Positions 19,123 to 28,506 of a stretch of 54,174 nucleotides of DNA are shown one piece after another. The number at the start of each line of letters is the position of its first letter. Positions within the stretch are counted from its first letter, which is position 1. The DNA is from an uncultured Gammaproteobacteria bacterium (GTDB taxonomy: Bacteria > Pseudomonadota > Gammaproteobacteria > Arenicellales > CAJQKF01), in assembly GCA_965652415.1 (NCBI GenBank), contig CBFGVH010000006.1, forward strand, positions 1-54,174. Direction: 5' to 3'. The notes under the pieces were generated by a model, which had not been told where the DNA came from, did not search any database, and saw nothing but the letters and a program-made list of their open reading frames with translations. The translations under genes were made by a program, and so were the position numbers.

Positions 19123-20250
19123 TCACTCCCCCGGCGCCGGGATCTTCCAGTAACTGGACAGGGTCGGGTCGACCGGCCGCGGCAGCGTCCGGTCGGCGGC
19201 GCCAAGCCGCTTGTTCAACAGCTCGCCGATATCGCTGAACACCGGTTCATTGTACAGGTGATACAGGTGGCCAGTGACCCGGCGCACGGGCAGGTCGGAA
19301 ACGTCGATCACTTCGACGCCCGGCAGGTCGACGATATGGTCGCCGGCCTGGCCCAGGCGCGGATAGCCGTGAACCTCGCGGGACACCGCCAGGGCGCTGT
19401 CCCGCCCCGAAAGGTACACGGTGATGTGCGCCGCCTGCCGGCGAAGCCGCGGCAGCAGCTGGCGGAAGATGTCGGCGTCGATGTCGGGCGCCGCCAGCAC
19501 GAGGCGGTCGACGAGCGGCGTGTCGGCGGGCTCGGTCAGAAGCGACAGGGCGAACGTCGCACCGCGGGCGCCGAGACTGTGGGCGAAGACGTCGAAGCCG
19601 CCGCGCCCGAACAACTCCTCCATCCTCCCGAGCACCTCGCCGAGGTGCGCCACGCTCCAGAACAGGTCGGCCTCGTCGCGGGTGTAGTCGAGCGTGCCGC
19701 CGTCCGACGGCCAGCTGAACAGCAGCAGCCGCTCGCCGAGTTGCAGGTTCTCGGCGAAGCGCGCCGCGCGGTGACAGCTCTTCTCGAAGCCGACGTTGTA
19801 TCCGTGAACGTACACGACCGGCCGCGCATCGCCGACGGCGCCGCGATACTCCCGCAGAAAGTCGTCGAGCGGCTGCTCGGTGACCGCCACGGTGTCGACG
19901 TCCTCGCTCGGGATGTACAGCGGCGAGTTGCGCGAGAGGGTGCCGAGGACCTCGATCGGGGTCCACTGCGTCTCGCACAGTGCCGCGCGAATGGTGTCGC
20001 GGCCCTCGCCGAAATGCTCGGCCGGCTCGCCGTTGCCGGTGGGATTGCGCAGGGTGACGAGGCGCACGGTGCTGGCGCGCGTCTCCCCCACCAGCTTCAC
20101 ACCGAGATCGAAAAGGCCGTCGTCGGTGTCCGTGGTCGGCGACGAAACGGGCGTTGCCTGCTCCTCGCGGTCGCATGCGCCCAGCGCGACGACCAAGGCC
20201 GCGCCTAGGGCCGCGACCAGCGCGAGGCGCGCTGTCATCGTACCTGCCAC
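19123..20250 (-). CDS. DUF900-like alpha/beta hydrolase, predicted lipoprotein
   Basis: LGAC lipobox; YVHGYN, FSWPSDG, AHSLG, LAAPDID and D.AL..SR..HG..RLG motifs. Start may be 20238. Confidence 0.82.
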   Translation of the reverse strand: MAGTMTARLALVAALGAALVVALGACDREEQATPVSSPTTDTDDGLFDLGVKLVGETRASTVRLVTLRNPTGNGEPAEHFGEGRDTIRAALCETQWTPIEVLGTLSRNSPLYIPSEDVDTVAVTEQPLDDFLREYRGAVGDARPVVYVHGYNVGFEKSCHRAARFAENLQLGERLLLFSWPSDGGTLDYTRDEADLFWSVAHLGEVLGRMEELFGRGGFDVFAHSLGARGATFALSLLTEPADTPLVDRLVLAAPDIDADIFRQLLPRLRRQAAHITVYLSGRDSALAVSREVHGYPRLGQAGDHIVDLPGVEVIDVSDLPVRRVTGHLYHLYNEPVFSDIGELLNKRLGAADRTLPRPVDPTLSSYWKIPAPGE

Positions 20251-20259
20251 CGGTACCGC

Positions 20260-20601
20260 TCAGGAACCGCGGTAGGTGGAATAGCCGTAGGGCGACAGCA
20301 GCAACGGCACGTGATAGTGGGCGCCGCCGCCGTCGATGGTGAACACGACGTCGACCCACGGATAGAAGTGCCTGGGGCCCCGGCTCCCAAGGTATCCCCC
20401 GACCTCGAAACGCAGCCGGCAGGTTCCGGCGGCGAGCACGCGATCGTCTTCGAGCAGGTCCGTCACGCGGCCGTCGCCGTCGGTGACACCACGTGCGAGT
20501 TCCTCGACGGCGTCGCCCTGGAGGCGCGACAGCACCACGGGAACACCCTCGGCCGGTCGGCCGCTGGCGGTGTCGAGGACATGCGTGGTGATCTGGCTCA
20601 T
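20260..20601 (-). CDS. uraH: 5-hydroxyisourate hydrolase
   Basis: ITTHVLD, DGR, and C-terminal HYHVPLLLSPYGYSTYRGS. Confidence 0.96.
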   Translation of the reverse strand: MSQITTHVLDTASGRPAEGVPVVLSRLQGDAVEELARGVTDGDGRVTDLLEDDRVLAAGTCRLRFEVGGYLGSRGPRHFYPWVDVVFTIDGGGAHYHVPLLLSPYGYSTYRGS

Positions 20602-20648
20602 GGACGAAGATTCCCCTGGCGGGCAGCGCCGGGCGCCGGTCGTGTTTG

Positions 20649-21152
20649 TCAGGACACGAGCCTGCCAAGCCTGAGCAACGTGATCTCGATCTGCTCGGCG
20701 GAGGCGTTGGCCAGCTCCTGTTCGCGGCTATTGTTGATGCGCGAGCGGATGAGCGCAAGCATCTCGCCGGCGCTCTTGCCGCTGGCGAAAACGATGAAGA
20801 TGAATCCGAATCTCTCGTTATAGGCCTCGTTGAGCCGCGCCAGCTCCGCCAGCGTTGCGGCATCGGCGCCGGCCACCCCGCCCTGCTCGCCCGCCGCCAT
20901 GTCGCGTGTCGACGCGTACCTCGCGCGCAGGGAGTCGATGTCGCCGATCTTCGGGTGCGCCTCGAAGGCCTCGAGGCGATCGCGCTCGCCGGTGCCGGCC
21001 CACGCCGCGCGGGCGGCGTCGAAGAGCGCCTGCCGGTCGCCGAACGGTCGTCGCGCCAGCATGTCATCAACCCAGCGAGATGCCGCGCAGCACCCGGCCA
21101 GCGCGCGGCCCGCGGCATCGTCGTCGAGGCGGTTGAACTCGTCCAGGGTCAC
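20649..21152 (-). CDS. uraD: OHCU decarboxylase
   Basis: GTG 21152 overlaps the xdhC stop; CCAASRW, AFEAHPKIG, EQGGV, YNERFGFIFIVFA and EQIEITLLRL motifs. Confidence 0.93.
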   Translation of the reverse strand: MTLDEFNRLDDDAAGRALAGCCAASRWVDDMLARRPFGDRQALFDAARAAWAGTGERDRLEAFEAHPKIGDIDSLRARYASTRDMAAGEQGGVAGADAATLAELARLNEAYNERFGFIFIVFASGKSAGEMLALIRSRINNSREQELANASAEQIEITLLRLGRLVS

Positions 21153-21958
21153 CGCCGCACCAGGGACAGCGGCGTCGTATCGGCCCGGCGCCGGGCCTCC
21201 CGGCCGAGGATGTCGGCGACCACTGACACCGCGATCTCCATCGGCGCCTTGCCGTCCACCGACGGCAGGCCGATGGGGCATTCGAGGATCGCCAGCTCGT
21301 CTTCGGAGAATCCGCGCTCGGCGAGCCGCCGGCGAAAGCGCGCGCCCTTGGAGCGCGAGCCGATCAGCCCGAGATATGCCGCGTCGCCGCGGGTCAGCAC
21401 CGCCTCGCAGATCTCGAGGTCGAGGGGGTGGCTGTGGGTCATCACGAGGTGCCAGGCGCCGGCAGGTGCCTCCTCCACCTCCGCCGCGGCGGCGCGCGCC
21501 GAAATGGCGGTCACGTTGCCGGGCGGATCGTCGGGAAAGATACCCGCGCGCTCGTCGATCCAGCGAACCCGGCAGTCGACGCCGCCGAGTATCGTCACCA
21601 GCGCGCGGCCGACGTGGCCGGCGCCGTGCAGTTCGATGTGGACGGCCGCAGCGGGGAAGTGCTCCAGCAGCACCTTGACCCGTCCGCCGCAGCACTGGTC
21701 GAGGTCGGGGCCGAGCACGAACTCCTCCATCGCCTTGCCACCCCGATCACCCCCGAGCATGCGCCGGGCGGCGGCAATCACCCGGTGTTCGAGTTGGCCG
21801 CCTCCGATGCTGTCGAAGGTCTCGCGTTCGGTGACGACCATCTTGCTGTCGTCCCCCCTCGGCGCCGAGCCGCGCGTCTCGAGCACCGTCACCAGCACGA
21901 AGCCCTCGCCCGACTCGTAGGCCTTCGCGACGGCGCGCTGCCAGCCGAGGGCATTCAT
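21149..21958 (-). CDS. xdhC: Xanthine dehydrogenase accessory protein
   Basis: GSAPR, SIGGGQLE, QCCGG, GAGHVG, MTHSHPLD, GLIGSRSK and CPIG motifs. Confidence 0.94.
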   Translation of the reverse strand: MNALGWQRAVAKAYESGEGFVLVTVLETRGSAPRGDDSKMVVTERETFDSIGGGQLEHRVIAAARRMLGGDRGGKAMEEFVLGPDLDQCCGGRVKVLLEHFPAAAVHIELHGAGHVGRALVTILGGVDCRVRWIDERAGIFPDDPPGNVTAISARAAAAEVEEAPAGAWHLVMTHSHPLDLEICEAVLTRGDAAYLGLIGSRSKGARFRRRLAERGFSEDELAILECPIGLPSVDGKAPMEIAVSVVADILGREARRRADTTPLSLVRR

Positions 21959-24294
21959 CACATCCGCCCCCGGATCTCGTCGATCGCGGCCAGCACCCGC
22001 TCCGGTGTCGCCGGCGCGTCGAGGCGCGGTGCCAGCCGATAGTCGACAATCGACGACACCGCGTCGCGAATCGCGCACCACGCGCTGATGGCCAGCATCA
22101 GCGGCGGCTCGCCCACCGCCTTCGATCGATGGATGGTGTCCTCGGCGTTGGGCACGTTCTCGAGCAGCCGCACGTTGAAGTGCTCCGGCACGTCGGCCAC
22201 CGCCGGGATCTTGTAGTTGGCAGGCGAGTCGCTGAGCAGCCTTCCGGCAGCGTCGTAGACCACTTCCTCGGTGGTCAGCCAGCCGAGACCCTGGACGAAC
22301 CCGCCCTCGACCTGGCCGATGTCCACCGCCGGGTTGATCGAGCGGCCGGCGTCGTGAAGGATGTCCACCGCCACGAGGCGGTACTCGCCGGTGAGAACGT
22401 CGACCACCACCTCGCTCACAGCGGCGCCGCCGGCGAAGTAGAAGAAAGGCCGGCCGCGGCCGGACTCGCGGTCGTAGTGAATGCGCGGCGTGCGGTAGAA
22501 GCCGGTCGCGGACAGTGAGATGCGCGCCGTCCAGGCCTCGCGCACCACCTCGTCGAACGCGGCTTCGAAGCCCGGCGCGTTCACCCGACCGCCCGCGAAT
22601 ACGACGGCGTCGGCATCGACGCCGTGACGTTCGGCGACCAATGCCGCCAGGCGCCCCCTGATGGTGCGCGCGGCATCGCGCGCCGCCATGCCGTTCAGGT
22701 CGGTGCCGGACGAGGCGGCGGTGGGCGCGGTGTTCGGCACCTTGTCGGTCCGCGTGGCCGACACGCCCACACGCTCCACGGCGATGCCAAGTTCGCCGGC
22801 GACGATCTGCCGCACCTTGGTGAACAGTCCCTGGCCCATCTCGGTGCCGCCGTGGTTGAGGTGGACCGTGCCGTCGGTGTACACGTGCAGCAATGCCCCG
22901 GCCTGGTTGAGATGGGCGGCGGTGAACGAGATCCCGAACTTGACCGGCGTGAGCGCGAGCCCGCGCCGCAGCACACCGCCCTTGCGATTGAAGGCGGCGA
23001 TCTCCTCGCGCCGGCGCCAGTAGCCCGCCTCGCGCTCGAGTTCCGCGATGATGTCGGGAACGATGAAGTCCTCGATCTCCTGGTGATACGGCGTGAGCTG
23101 GCCCGCGTGCGGCTCGTACAGGTTGCGCTTGCGAACGGTGAGCGGGTCGAGGCGAGTGGCCCGCGCGATCTCGTCGATCACCGCCTCGATGGTGATCATC
23201 CCCTGGGGCCCGCCGAAGCCGCGAAAGGCGGTGTTGGACACGGTGTGGGTGCGCCAGCGGTGGCCCTCGACGTGGACGTGAGGCAGGTGATAGGCATTGT
23301 CGACGTGGAACATGGCCCGGTCGACGATGGCGTCGGACAGGTCGGGCGAGCAGCCGCAGCGCGCCGACAGGTGCCAGTCGGCCCCGAGGATGCGGCCGTC
23401 GTCGTCGAAGCCGACCCGGTAACGGTTGAGGAAGTCGTGGCGCTTGCCGGTCATCACCATGTCGTCGGCGCGCGGCAGGCGGCACTTGACCGCTCGGCCG
23501 GTCAGGCGCGCCGCCAGCGCCGCGAGGCAGGCCCACGGGTTGCCCTGGGTCTCCTTGCCGCCGAAGGCGCCGCCCATGCGCCGTACCTCGACGGTAACCG
23601 CGTGCATCGGCAGGGCCAGCACCTCGGCGACGAGCTTCTGCACCTCGGACGGATTCTGGTTCGAGGTCGCCACGTGCATGCCGCCGTCGTCGCCCGGCAA
23701 CGCCAGCGCGGCCTGCCCCTCGAGGTAGAAATGCTCCTGGCCGCCGACCTTCAGGGCGCCCTCGATGCGGTGCGGCGCGGCCGCGATGGCGGCGCCGGGA
23801 TCACCGCGATGCATGGTGTGCGGCGGGCGCACGGTGATGCCGGCGGTGATGGCCTGCTCCACCTCGACGAACGGCGGCTCCTCGTCGTATTGCACCTTCG
23901 CCAGCCGCACCGCGTGGCGCGCCTGCCTGAGACTCTCGGCCGCCACGGCGAACAGAGGCTGGCCGTGGTGCTGGACCTCGCGGTCGACCAGCAGCGGATC
24001 GCCGGGGAATACCGGCCCGATATCGGCGAGCCCTGGAATGTCGGCGGCGGTGATCACCCGCACCACGCCGGGCGCGGCGCGCACCGCGTCGAGGTCGAGC
24101 GAGGTCACCCGCCCGCGCGCCACGGTCGTACGGCCCACCGCGAGGTGAAGCATGCCCTCGTATTCCGGCAGGTCGTCGACGTAGCGCGCGGCACCGGTGA
24201 CGTGACCGACGGCGCTGTCGTGGGCAAGCGGAGCGCCGACGGTCGCGTGCGAGAGTGCGGCCGGCGTCAGCGCCCCGTCGTCGTCAAGACGCAT
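21958..24294 (-). CDS. xdhB: Xanthine dehydrogenase molybdopterin-binding subunit
   Basis: QEHFYLE, RRMGGAFGGKE, AFRGFGGPQG, GTEMGQG, PTAAS and KAVGEPP motifs. Confidence 0.96.
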   Translation of the reverse strand: MRLDDDGALTPAALSHATVGAPLAHDSAVGHVTGAARYVDDLPEYEGMLHLAVGRTTVARGRVTSLDLDAVRAAPGVVRVITAADIPGLADIGPVFPGDPLLVDREVQHHGQPLFAVAAESLRQARHAVRLAKVQYDEEPPFVEVEQAITAGITVRPPHTMHRGDPGAAIAAAPHRIEGALKVGGQEHFYLEGQAALALPGDDGGMHVATSNQNPSEVQKLVAEVLALPMHAVTVEVRRMGGAFGGKETQGNPWACLAALAARLTGRAVKCRLPRADDMVMTGKRHDFLNRYRVGFDDDGRILGADWHLSARCGCSPDLSDAIVDRAMFHVDNAYHLPHVHVEGHRWRTHTVSNTAFRGFGGPQGMITIEAVIDEIARATRLDPLTVRKRNLYEPHAGQLTPYHQEIEDFIVPDIIAELEREAGYWRRREEIAAFNRKGGVLRRGLALTPVKFGISFTAAHLNQAGALLHVYTDGTVHLNHGGTEMGQGLFTKVRQIVAGELGIAVERVGVSATRTDKVPNTAPTAASSGTDLNGMAARDAARTIRGRLAALVAERHGVDADAVVFAGGRVNAPGFEAAFDEVVREAWTARISLSATGFYRTPRIHYDRESGRGRPFFYFAGGAAVSEVVVDVLTGEYRLVAVDILHDAGRSINPAVDIGQVEGGFVQGLGWLTTEEVVYDAAGRLLSDSPANYKIPAVADVPEHFNVRLLENVPNAEDTIHRSKAVGEPPLMLAISAWCAIRDAVSSIVDYRLAPRLDAPATPERVLAAIDEIRGRM

Positions 24295-25705
24295 GACGGC
24301 TCACCCGGCAGGGTGCGCGGCCCGCCGCCTCGAGGCAGGCGCGCTCGACCAGGCCGCCGGCCGCCGCCAGGCGGTAGGCGGCGCTGGCGCGCACGTCGTC
24401 GATGGGCTCGAAGTCGACGGCCACGGCGGCACGTCCGGCGACGGCGGCGTCAGCGAGGGGACGGCCGCGCATCGCGGACTCGACGGCAACGGCCCGCTTC
24501 GGCGTCGCCGCCATGCCGCCGAACGCGGCGGAGATCTCGGTGAGGACACCGTCTTCCACGTTCATCGCGAAGGCGGCCATCACCGTCGAGATGTCGTCGT
24601 CGAATCGCTTCGAGTTCTTGCAGGCGACCAGCGTTGTGCCGGCCCGGGCACGCGGCACCTCGACCGACACGATGAACTCGCCGGGTTCCAGCACCGTGCT
24701 GCGATAGCCGGTGAAGAACTCCTCGACGGCCACTCGTCGGCGACGTTCGCCGCGGCGCACGTTGACGTGCGCACCGAGCGCGATCAACACCGGCGGCATG
24801 TCGCCGATGGGCGAGGCGTTGGCGATGTTGCCGCCGAAGGAGCCCTGGTTGCGGATCGGCACCGAGCCGAGCCTGAGCAGGATCTCCTCGAGGTCGGGGT
24901 ACTCGGCGACCAGTGATTCGAAACAGTCGCTGTAGCGCGCGGCGGCGCCGATGACCAGCGCGTGGGCCGTGACCTCGATGCGCGCCAGCTCGGCGACGTT
25001 GCCGAGCCACACCAGCCGCGGCAGCGACTCGAGGCGCACCGTGCACTCGAGGGCGAGATCGGTGGCGCCGCAGAACGGCCGCGCTTCCGGGTACGCCGCG
25101 AGCAGTCGGGCCGCCTCGTCGAGGTCCGCCGGGACGTGAAAGCCTCCGGCCGAGGTCCCCGGGGCAATGCGTGCGAGCCGGCTAGCGACGTCGGCCTCGT
25201 TCGCGCTGAATCGGTCCGGTGCGGGGCGCGCGCAGGCCGCAAGACCCGCCTCGACGATCGGGCGATAGCCGGTACAGCGGCACAGGTTGCCGGCCAGCGC
25301 CGTCGCCACGTCCTCGCGCGATGCTCCAGCGCCGCGCTTGTACAGGGCGAACAGCGACATGACGAAGCCGGGCGTGCAGAAGCCGCACTGCGAGGCGTGG
25401 TGCTCGACCATCGCCTGCTGCACGGGGTGCAGCGAGTCGCCATCGGCAAGATCCTCGACGGTCAGCACCTGGCGGGCGTGGACCGCGCCGAGGAACGTGA
25501 TGCAGCTGTTGACGGCACGGTACCTGAGCCTGTCGGGGCCGGCGGGCTCGGCGAGCACCACCGTGCAGGCGCCGCAGTCGCCCGAGGCGCAGCCCTCCTT
25601 GGTGCCGGTACGACGGCGTTCCTCGCGAAGGTAGTCGAGCAGCGTCAGGTCGGCGCGAAAGTCCTCGAGCCGGACGGTCTCGTCGTTGAGCAGGAATTCG
25701 ATCAT
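24284..25705 (-). CDS. xdhA: Xanthine dehydrogenase small (2Fe-2S/FAD) subunit
   Basis: GTKEGCASGDCGAC, QCGFCTPG, NLCRCTGY, GGNIANASPIGD and SKRFDDDIS motifs. Confidence 0.96.
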   Translation of the reverse strand: MIEFLLNDETVRLEDFRADLTLLDYLREERRRTGTKEGCASGDCGACTVVLAEPAGPDRLRYRAVNSCITFLGAVHARQVLTVEDLADGDSLHPVQQAMVEHHASQCGFCTPGFVMSLFALYKRGAGASREDVATALAGNLCRCTGYRPIVEAGLAACARPAPDRFSANEADVASRLARIAPGTSAGGFHVPADLDEAARLLAAYPEARPFCGATDLALECTVRLESLPRLVWLGNVAELARIEVTAHALVIGAAARYSDCFESLVAEYPDLEEILLRLGSVPIRNQGSFGGNIANASPIGDMPPVLIALGAHVNVRRGERRRRVAVEEFFTGYRSTVLEPGEFIVSVEVPRARAGTTLVACKNSKRFDDDISTVMAAFAMNVEDGVLTEISAAFGGMAATPKRAVAVESAMRGRPLADAAVAGRAAVAVDFEPIDDVRASAAYRLAAAGGLVERACLEAAGRAPCRVSRHAS

Positions 25706-25762
25706 GGTATCCGACCGCCCCGATCGCCGAATGGCGTCGTGCGGTGCCAGCTTATCCAGTTT

Positions 25763-25778
25763 TTGACTAGCTGGTCAA
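25763..25778. promoter_or_regulatory. RutR-type operator
   Basis: TTGACTAGCTGGTCAA, one mismatch to the RutR consensus TTGACCAnnTGGTCAA, between the divergent xdhA and ABC operons. Confidence 0.8.
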
Positions 25779-25913
25779 GTTTTGCCCATAATCCGCTTCA
25801 ACGCGGACCACGGCGCCGGCGCGAGTGTCGGAAACGGTCGTGGCATAATGCGTGGCCGCCTTCGGGCCGGCCCGCCACTACAACGACCGCTACGGATCAC
25901 GAGGAGACGCGCG

Positions 25914-27452
25914 ATTAACGCCCACGACCGCACGCCGCTTCTGACGCTGGCCGGCATCACCAAGTCGTTCCCGGGCGTTACGGCCAACGACGCCGTCGAC
26001 CTCGACATCGCGCGCGGTGAGATCCACGCCCTGCTGGGCGAGAACGGCGCCGGCAAGAGCACCCTGGTCAAGATCATCTACGGCATCCTCAAGGCCGATG
26101 CCGGGCGCATCTCGTGGAATGGCGAGCCGGTGGTCATCGACAACCCGTCGACCGCCCGCCGCCTCGGCATCGCCATGGTGTTCCAGCACTTCTCCCTGTT
26201 CGACGCGCTGACCGTGGTCGAGAACATCGCGCTCGGCATGGACGCGCCGGGCGACATGGCGGCGCTCGAGGAGCGCATCCACGCGATCTCCCGCGAGTAC
26301 GGCCTGCCGTTGCACCCGCGCCGCCACGTGTACTCGCTGTCGGTGGGCGAGCGCCAGCGCATCGAGATCGTCCGCTGCCTGCTGCAGGAGCCGTCGCTGC
26401 TGGTCATGGATGAGCCGACCTCGGTGCTGACACCCCAGGAGGTCGACCGGTTGTTCGCGACCCTGAGACGACTGTCGGACGAGGGCATGGCGATCCTCTA
26501 CATCAGTCACAAGCTCGACGAGATCCGCGCCCTGTGCCGGCGCGCCACCATCCTGCGCAACGGACGACGGGTGGCCGAGGCCGATCCCGAGAAGGAGACC
26601 TCGCGCGGCCTGGCGGCGCTGATGATGGGCGAAGAACTCAAGCTGCCGGCGCGCCCGCCCGCCGCCGCCGCGGGCAGGGTGCGCCTCGAGGTGGCGGGCC
26701 TGTCGCTTCCGGCGGCGGACGAGTTCGGTGTCGACCTCAAGGACGTCCGCCTCGAGGTGGCCGCCGGCGAAATCCTCGGCATCGCCGGAGTGGCCGGCAA
26801 CGGACAGGGCGAGCTGACGGAGGCGCTGTCCGGCGAACGCCGCGCGCGCGATCCCTACGCGGTGATCGTCGATGGCGTGCCCTGCGGGCGGCGCGGGCCC
26901 GACGGGCGCCGCGCGCTGGGGCTGGCCTGCATTCCCGAGCAGCGCCTCGGCCACGGCGCGGTGCCGGAGATGAGCCTCGCCGAGAATACCTATCTCACCG
27001 CGCACTACCGCATGAACCTGACGCGCCGGGGCATGGTGCGCGGGCGTGCCCGCGACGCCTTCGCCGACGCCGTGATCGAGAAATTCCGGGTGCGCTGCAA
27101 CGGCCGCGAGGCGGGCGCGACCAGCCTGTCCGGCGGCAACCTGCAGAAGTTCATCGTCGGCCGCGAGATGTCCCAGGACCCCGGCGTGCTGGTGGTGTCG
27201 CAGCCGACCTGGGGTGTCGACGCCGGTTCGGCCGCGGCAATCCAGTCGGCCCTGATCGCGCTGGCCGAGGCCGGCGCCGCGGTGCTGGTGATATCGCAGG
27301 ACCTCGACGAGCTGCTGCAGATCGCAACGCGCATCTCGGCCATCTGCGCCGGCGTGTTGTCGGGGCCCATCGACGCCCGCTCGGCCAGCGTCGAGGAACT
27401 CGGCCTGCTCATGGGCGGCGCCGCCCTGGAGGACGCCCGTGCCCAGGCTTGA
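25914..27452 (+). CDS. ABC transporter ATP-binding protein (CUT2/nucleoside-purine type, two ATPase domains)
   Basis: GENGAGKS, SVGERQ, MDEPT, GVAGNGQ and LSGGNLQK motifs. The start is uncertain; in-frame ATT 25914 after SD GAGGAG is proposed. Confidence 0.9.
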   Translation: MNAHDRTPLLTLAGITKSFPGVTANDAVDLDIARGEIHALLGENGAGKSTLVKIIYGILKADAGRISWNGEPVVIDNPSTARRLGIAMVFQHFSLFDALTVVENIALGMDAPGDMAALEERIHAISREYGLPLHPRRHVYSLSVGERQRIEIVRCLLQEPSLLVMDEPTSVLTPQEVDRLFATLRRLSDEGMAILYISHKLDEIRALCRRATILRNGRRVAEADPEKETSRGLAALMMGEELKLPARPPAAAAGRVRLEVAGLSLPAADEFGVDLKDVRLEVAAGEILGIAGVAGNGQGELTEALSGERRARDPYAVIVDGVPCGRRGPDGRRALGLACIPEQRLGHGAVPEMSLAENTYLTAHYRMNLTRRGMVRGRARDAFADAVIEKFRVRCNGREAGATSLSGGNLQKFIVGREMSQDPGVLVVSQPTWGVDAGSAAAIQSALIALAEAGAAVLVISQDLDELLQIATRISAICAGVLSGPIDARSASVEELGLLMGGAALEDARAQA

Positions 27453-28506
27453 GCGTCGCGCCGAGATCTCGACCACCATGATGTACCTCTCGCCGGTCGT
27501 GGCCCTGGGCCTGACCCTGGTCACCGGCGTGATCCTTTTCAGCATCATGGGCGTGTCGCCGGCCGCCGCCCTGTACGCGTTCTTCGTCGAGCCGGTGACG
27601 TCGCTGTGGGGCATCGCCGAGCTCGGCGTCAAGGCGACGCCGCTGGTGCTGATCGGCGTGGCGCTGGCGATCGGCTTTCGTGCCAACGTGTGGAACATCG
27701 GCGCCGAGGGCCAGCTCACCCTGGGTGCCATCTTCGGCGGCGGAGTGGCGCTCGCCTTCCACGAGTTCGACGCCCTATGGGTGCTGCCGCTGATGCTGGT
27801 GGCGGCGCTGGTCGGCGGCGCGCTGTGGGCGGCGATCCCGGCGCTCTTGCGCACCCGCTTCAACGCCAACGAGATCCTGGTCAGCCTGATGCTGACCTAC
27901 GTGGGCACGCTGCTTTTGAGCTACCTCGTGCATGGGCCGTGGCGCGACCCGGACGGCTTCAACTTTCCAGAATCGCGCGTGTTCCACGATGCCGCCACGC
28001 TGCCGGTGATCCTGTCAGGATCGCGCCTGCATCTCGGGTCGCTGCTGGCGCTGGCGGTGGTGGCGGCCGCCTGGGTGATGATGTCGCGCACCCTGGTCGG
28101 CTTCAAGGTGCGGGTCGTCGGCAGCGCGCCGCGGGCCGGGCGCTACGCCGGCTTCAGCCAGAACGCGATCATCTGGCTGACCCTGCTCGCCGGCGGCGCC
28201 TGCGCCGGCCTCGCCGGGGTGATCGAGGTGGCCGGCCCCATCGGCCAGCTGCAGCCGTCGATCTCGCCGGGCTACGGCTTCACCGCCATCATCGTCGCCT
28301 TCGTCGGCCGCCTGCATCCGCTCGGCGTGCTGCTGGCGGGACTTTTGATGGCGCTGTCCTACCTCGGCGGCGAGAACGCCCAGATCAGCCTCAACCTGCC
28401 GCTGGCGGTGACCGGCGTGTTCCAGGGACTGCTGTTGTTCCTGCTGCTGGCCTGCGACGTCCTGATCCGCTACCGAGTCCGCTTTCGCACCGTGGGTACG
28501 CCATGA
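27439..28506 (+). CDS. ABC transporter permease (purine/nucleoside)
   Basis: WNIGAEGQ, NEILVSLML and GYGFTAIIVAF motifs; multiple TM segments. Confidence 0.92.
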   Translation: MPRLERRAEISTTMMYLSPVVALGLTLVTGVILFSIMGVSPAAALYAFFVEPVTSLWGIAELGVKATPLVLIGVALAIGFRANVWNIGAEGQLTLGAIFGGGVALAFHEFDALWVLPLMLVAALVGGALWAAIPALLRTRFNANEILVSLMLTYVGTLLLSYLVHGPWRDPDGFNFPESRVFHDAATLPVILSGSRLHLGSLLALAVVAAAWVMMSRTLVGFKVRVVGSAPRAGRYAGFSQNAIIWLTLLAGGACAGLAGVIEVAGPIGQLQPSISPGYGFTAIIVAFVGRLHPLGVLLAGLLMALSYLGGENAQISLNLPLAVTGVFQGLLLFLLLACDVLIRYRVRFRTVGTP

